Positions 48,701 to 49,599 of a stretch of DNA of 49,599 nt are shown one piece after another. The notes beneath the pieces are model-generated. The model was not told where the DNA came from. It worked only from the letters and a program-made list of their open reading frames with translations, and did no database searches. The stretch comes from Leidyana gryllorum EB-2025a (Eukaryota > Protista > Apicomplexa). The stretch covers positions 1 to 49,599 of the forward strand of contig JBLWGC010000075.1 in the NCBI GenBank assembly GCA_048772705.1. Reading direction: 5' to 3'. Each line of letters opens with the position of its first letter. The first letter of the stretch is position 1. A program made the translations under genes and the position numbers.

Positions 48701-49599
48701 CTCCGGTTGAGCCCACTGTGACCTATGTTGGTACCACGGAGACCACCTCGAGTGAAACTCGCCAACCGACCCGGTCGATCACTGCCACCACCACAACTCC
48801 GGTTGAGCCCACTGAGTCTACTGTCAGCCCGACCACTCCGGTTGAGCCCACTGAGTCTACTGTCAGCCCGACCACTCCGGTTGAGCCCACTGAGTCTACT
48901 GTCAGCCCGACTACTCCGGTTGAGCCCACTGAGTCTACTGCCAGCCCGACTACTCCGGTTGAGCCCACTGAGTCTACTGCCAGCCCGACTACTCCGGTTG
49001 AGCCCACTGAGTCTACTGCCAGCCCGACTACTCCGGTTGAGCCCACTGAGTCTACTGCCAGCCCGACTACTCCGGTTGAGCCCACTGAGTCTACTGTCAG
49101 CCCGACCACTCCGGTTGAGCCCACTGAGTCTACTGCCAGCCCGACCACTCCGGTTGAGCCCACTGAGTCTACTGTCAGCCCGACCACTCCGGTTGAGCCC
49201 ACTGAGTCTACTGCTACCGGCGAACCAGTCGGAACTGAAACTGTCATCGTTGAGCCTACCACTGCTGAGTCTACTGCCAGCCCGACCACTCCGGTTGAAC
49301 CCACTGAGTCTACTGTCAGCCCGACCACTCCGGTTGAGCCCACTGAGATCCTCACTGCCACCACCACAACTCCGGTTGAGCCCACTGAGTCTACTGTCAG
49401 CCCGACTACTCCGGTTGAGCCCACTGAGTCTACTGTCAGCCCGACTACTCCGGTTGAGCCCACTGAGTCTACTGCCAGCCCGACTACTCCGGTTGAGCCC
49501 ACTGAGTCTACTGTCAGCCCGACTACTCCGGTTGAGCCCACTGAGTCTACTGCCAGCCCGACTACTCCGGTTGAGCCCACTGAGTCTACTGCCAGCCCG
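39745..49599 (+). CDS. Giant secreted Thr/Ser/Pro/Glu-rich mucin-like glycoprotein, 3' partial, with three apparent frameshifts in the repeat
   Basis: Signal peptide MSPIRNFSPFFLVAAYALGLAQA, then a Cys-containing head, a CECPEECECVC cluster, and about 8.5 kb of 13-aa repeats running to the window end. Confidence 0.88.
41023..49599 (+). repeat. Coding minisatellite with a 39-bp unit (ACTGAGTCTACTGYCAGCCCGACYACTCCGGTTGARCCC = TEST[A/V]SPTTPVEP) and interspersed spacer modules
   Basis: Directly visible; about 200 copies by length. Variation is almost confined to three positions. Confidence 0.99.

Noticed and set aside
40581-49580. Long antisense and alternative-frame ORFs (GSTGVVGLAVDSV, SRLSGLNRSGRAG, LLPARPLRLSPLS)
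   Set aside because: A 39-bp unit with no stop in a frame yields a long ORF automatically. Only the TESTASP frame connects to a signal peptide, and two of the three variable sites are synonymous in it.
41023-49599. CRISPR-like array
   Set aside because: The units are contiguous with no unique spacers, are a multiple of 3 in length, encode a mucin, and have no cas genes nearby.

Overview
Eukaryotic nuclear DNA, roughly 50-55% GC by eye, in the standard genetic code. Most introns are short GT-AG introns of 40-100 nt. Protein style points to an apicomplexan, probably a gregarine (inference). The first ~39.7 kb is extremely gene-dense. By hand-splicing I can build about 18 genes: V-ATPase B, a W2-like protein, a TM/coiled-coil protein, a Lys-rich protein, an ankyrin/TM protein, NOC3, a hypothetical protein, MYG1, a YdcZ-like DMT transporter, a Cof-type HAD hydrolase, ADAT2 (hidden by 4 introns), a large PPR protein, a type II thioesterase, UAP56, an ABCG transporter, GRP94, a small secreted protein and a Deltex-like E3 ligase. 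A possibly Gag-derived ORF follows them. Most intergenic gaps are 0-90 nt, including divergent pairs, and a palindromic AAATTT recurs just upstream of start codons. The last ~10 kb is a giant secreted mucin-like gene with a 39-bp hierarchical tandem repeat that runs off the window. The best leads are the near-promoterless gene architecture with its AAATTT element, the head-to-head Deltex and Gag-like pair, and the PPR gene abutting a deaminase. All exon models and family calls come from reading the sequence and recalling motifs; no searches were run.
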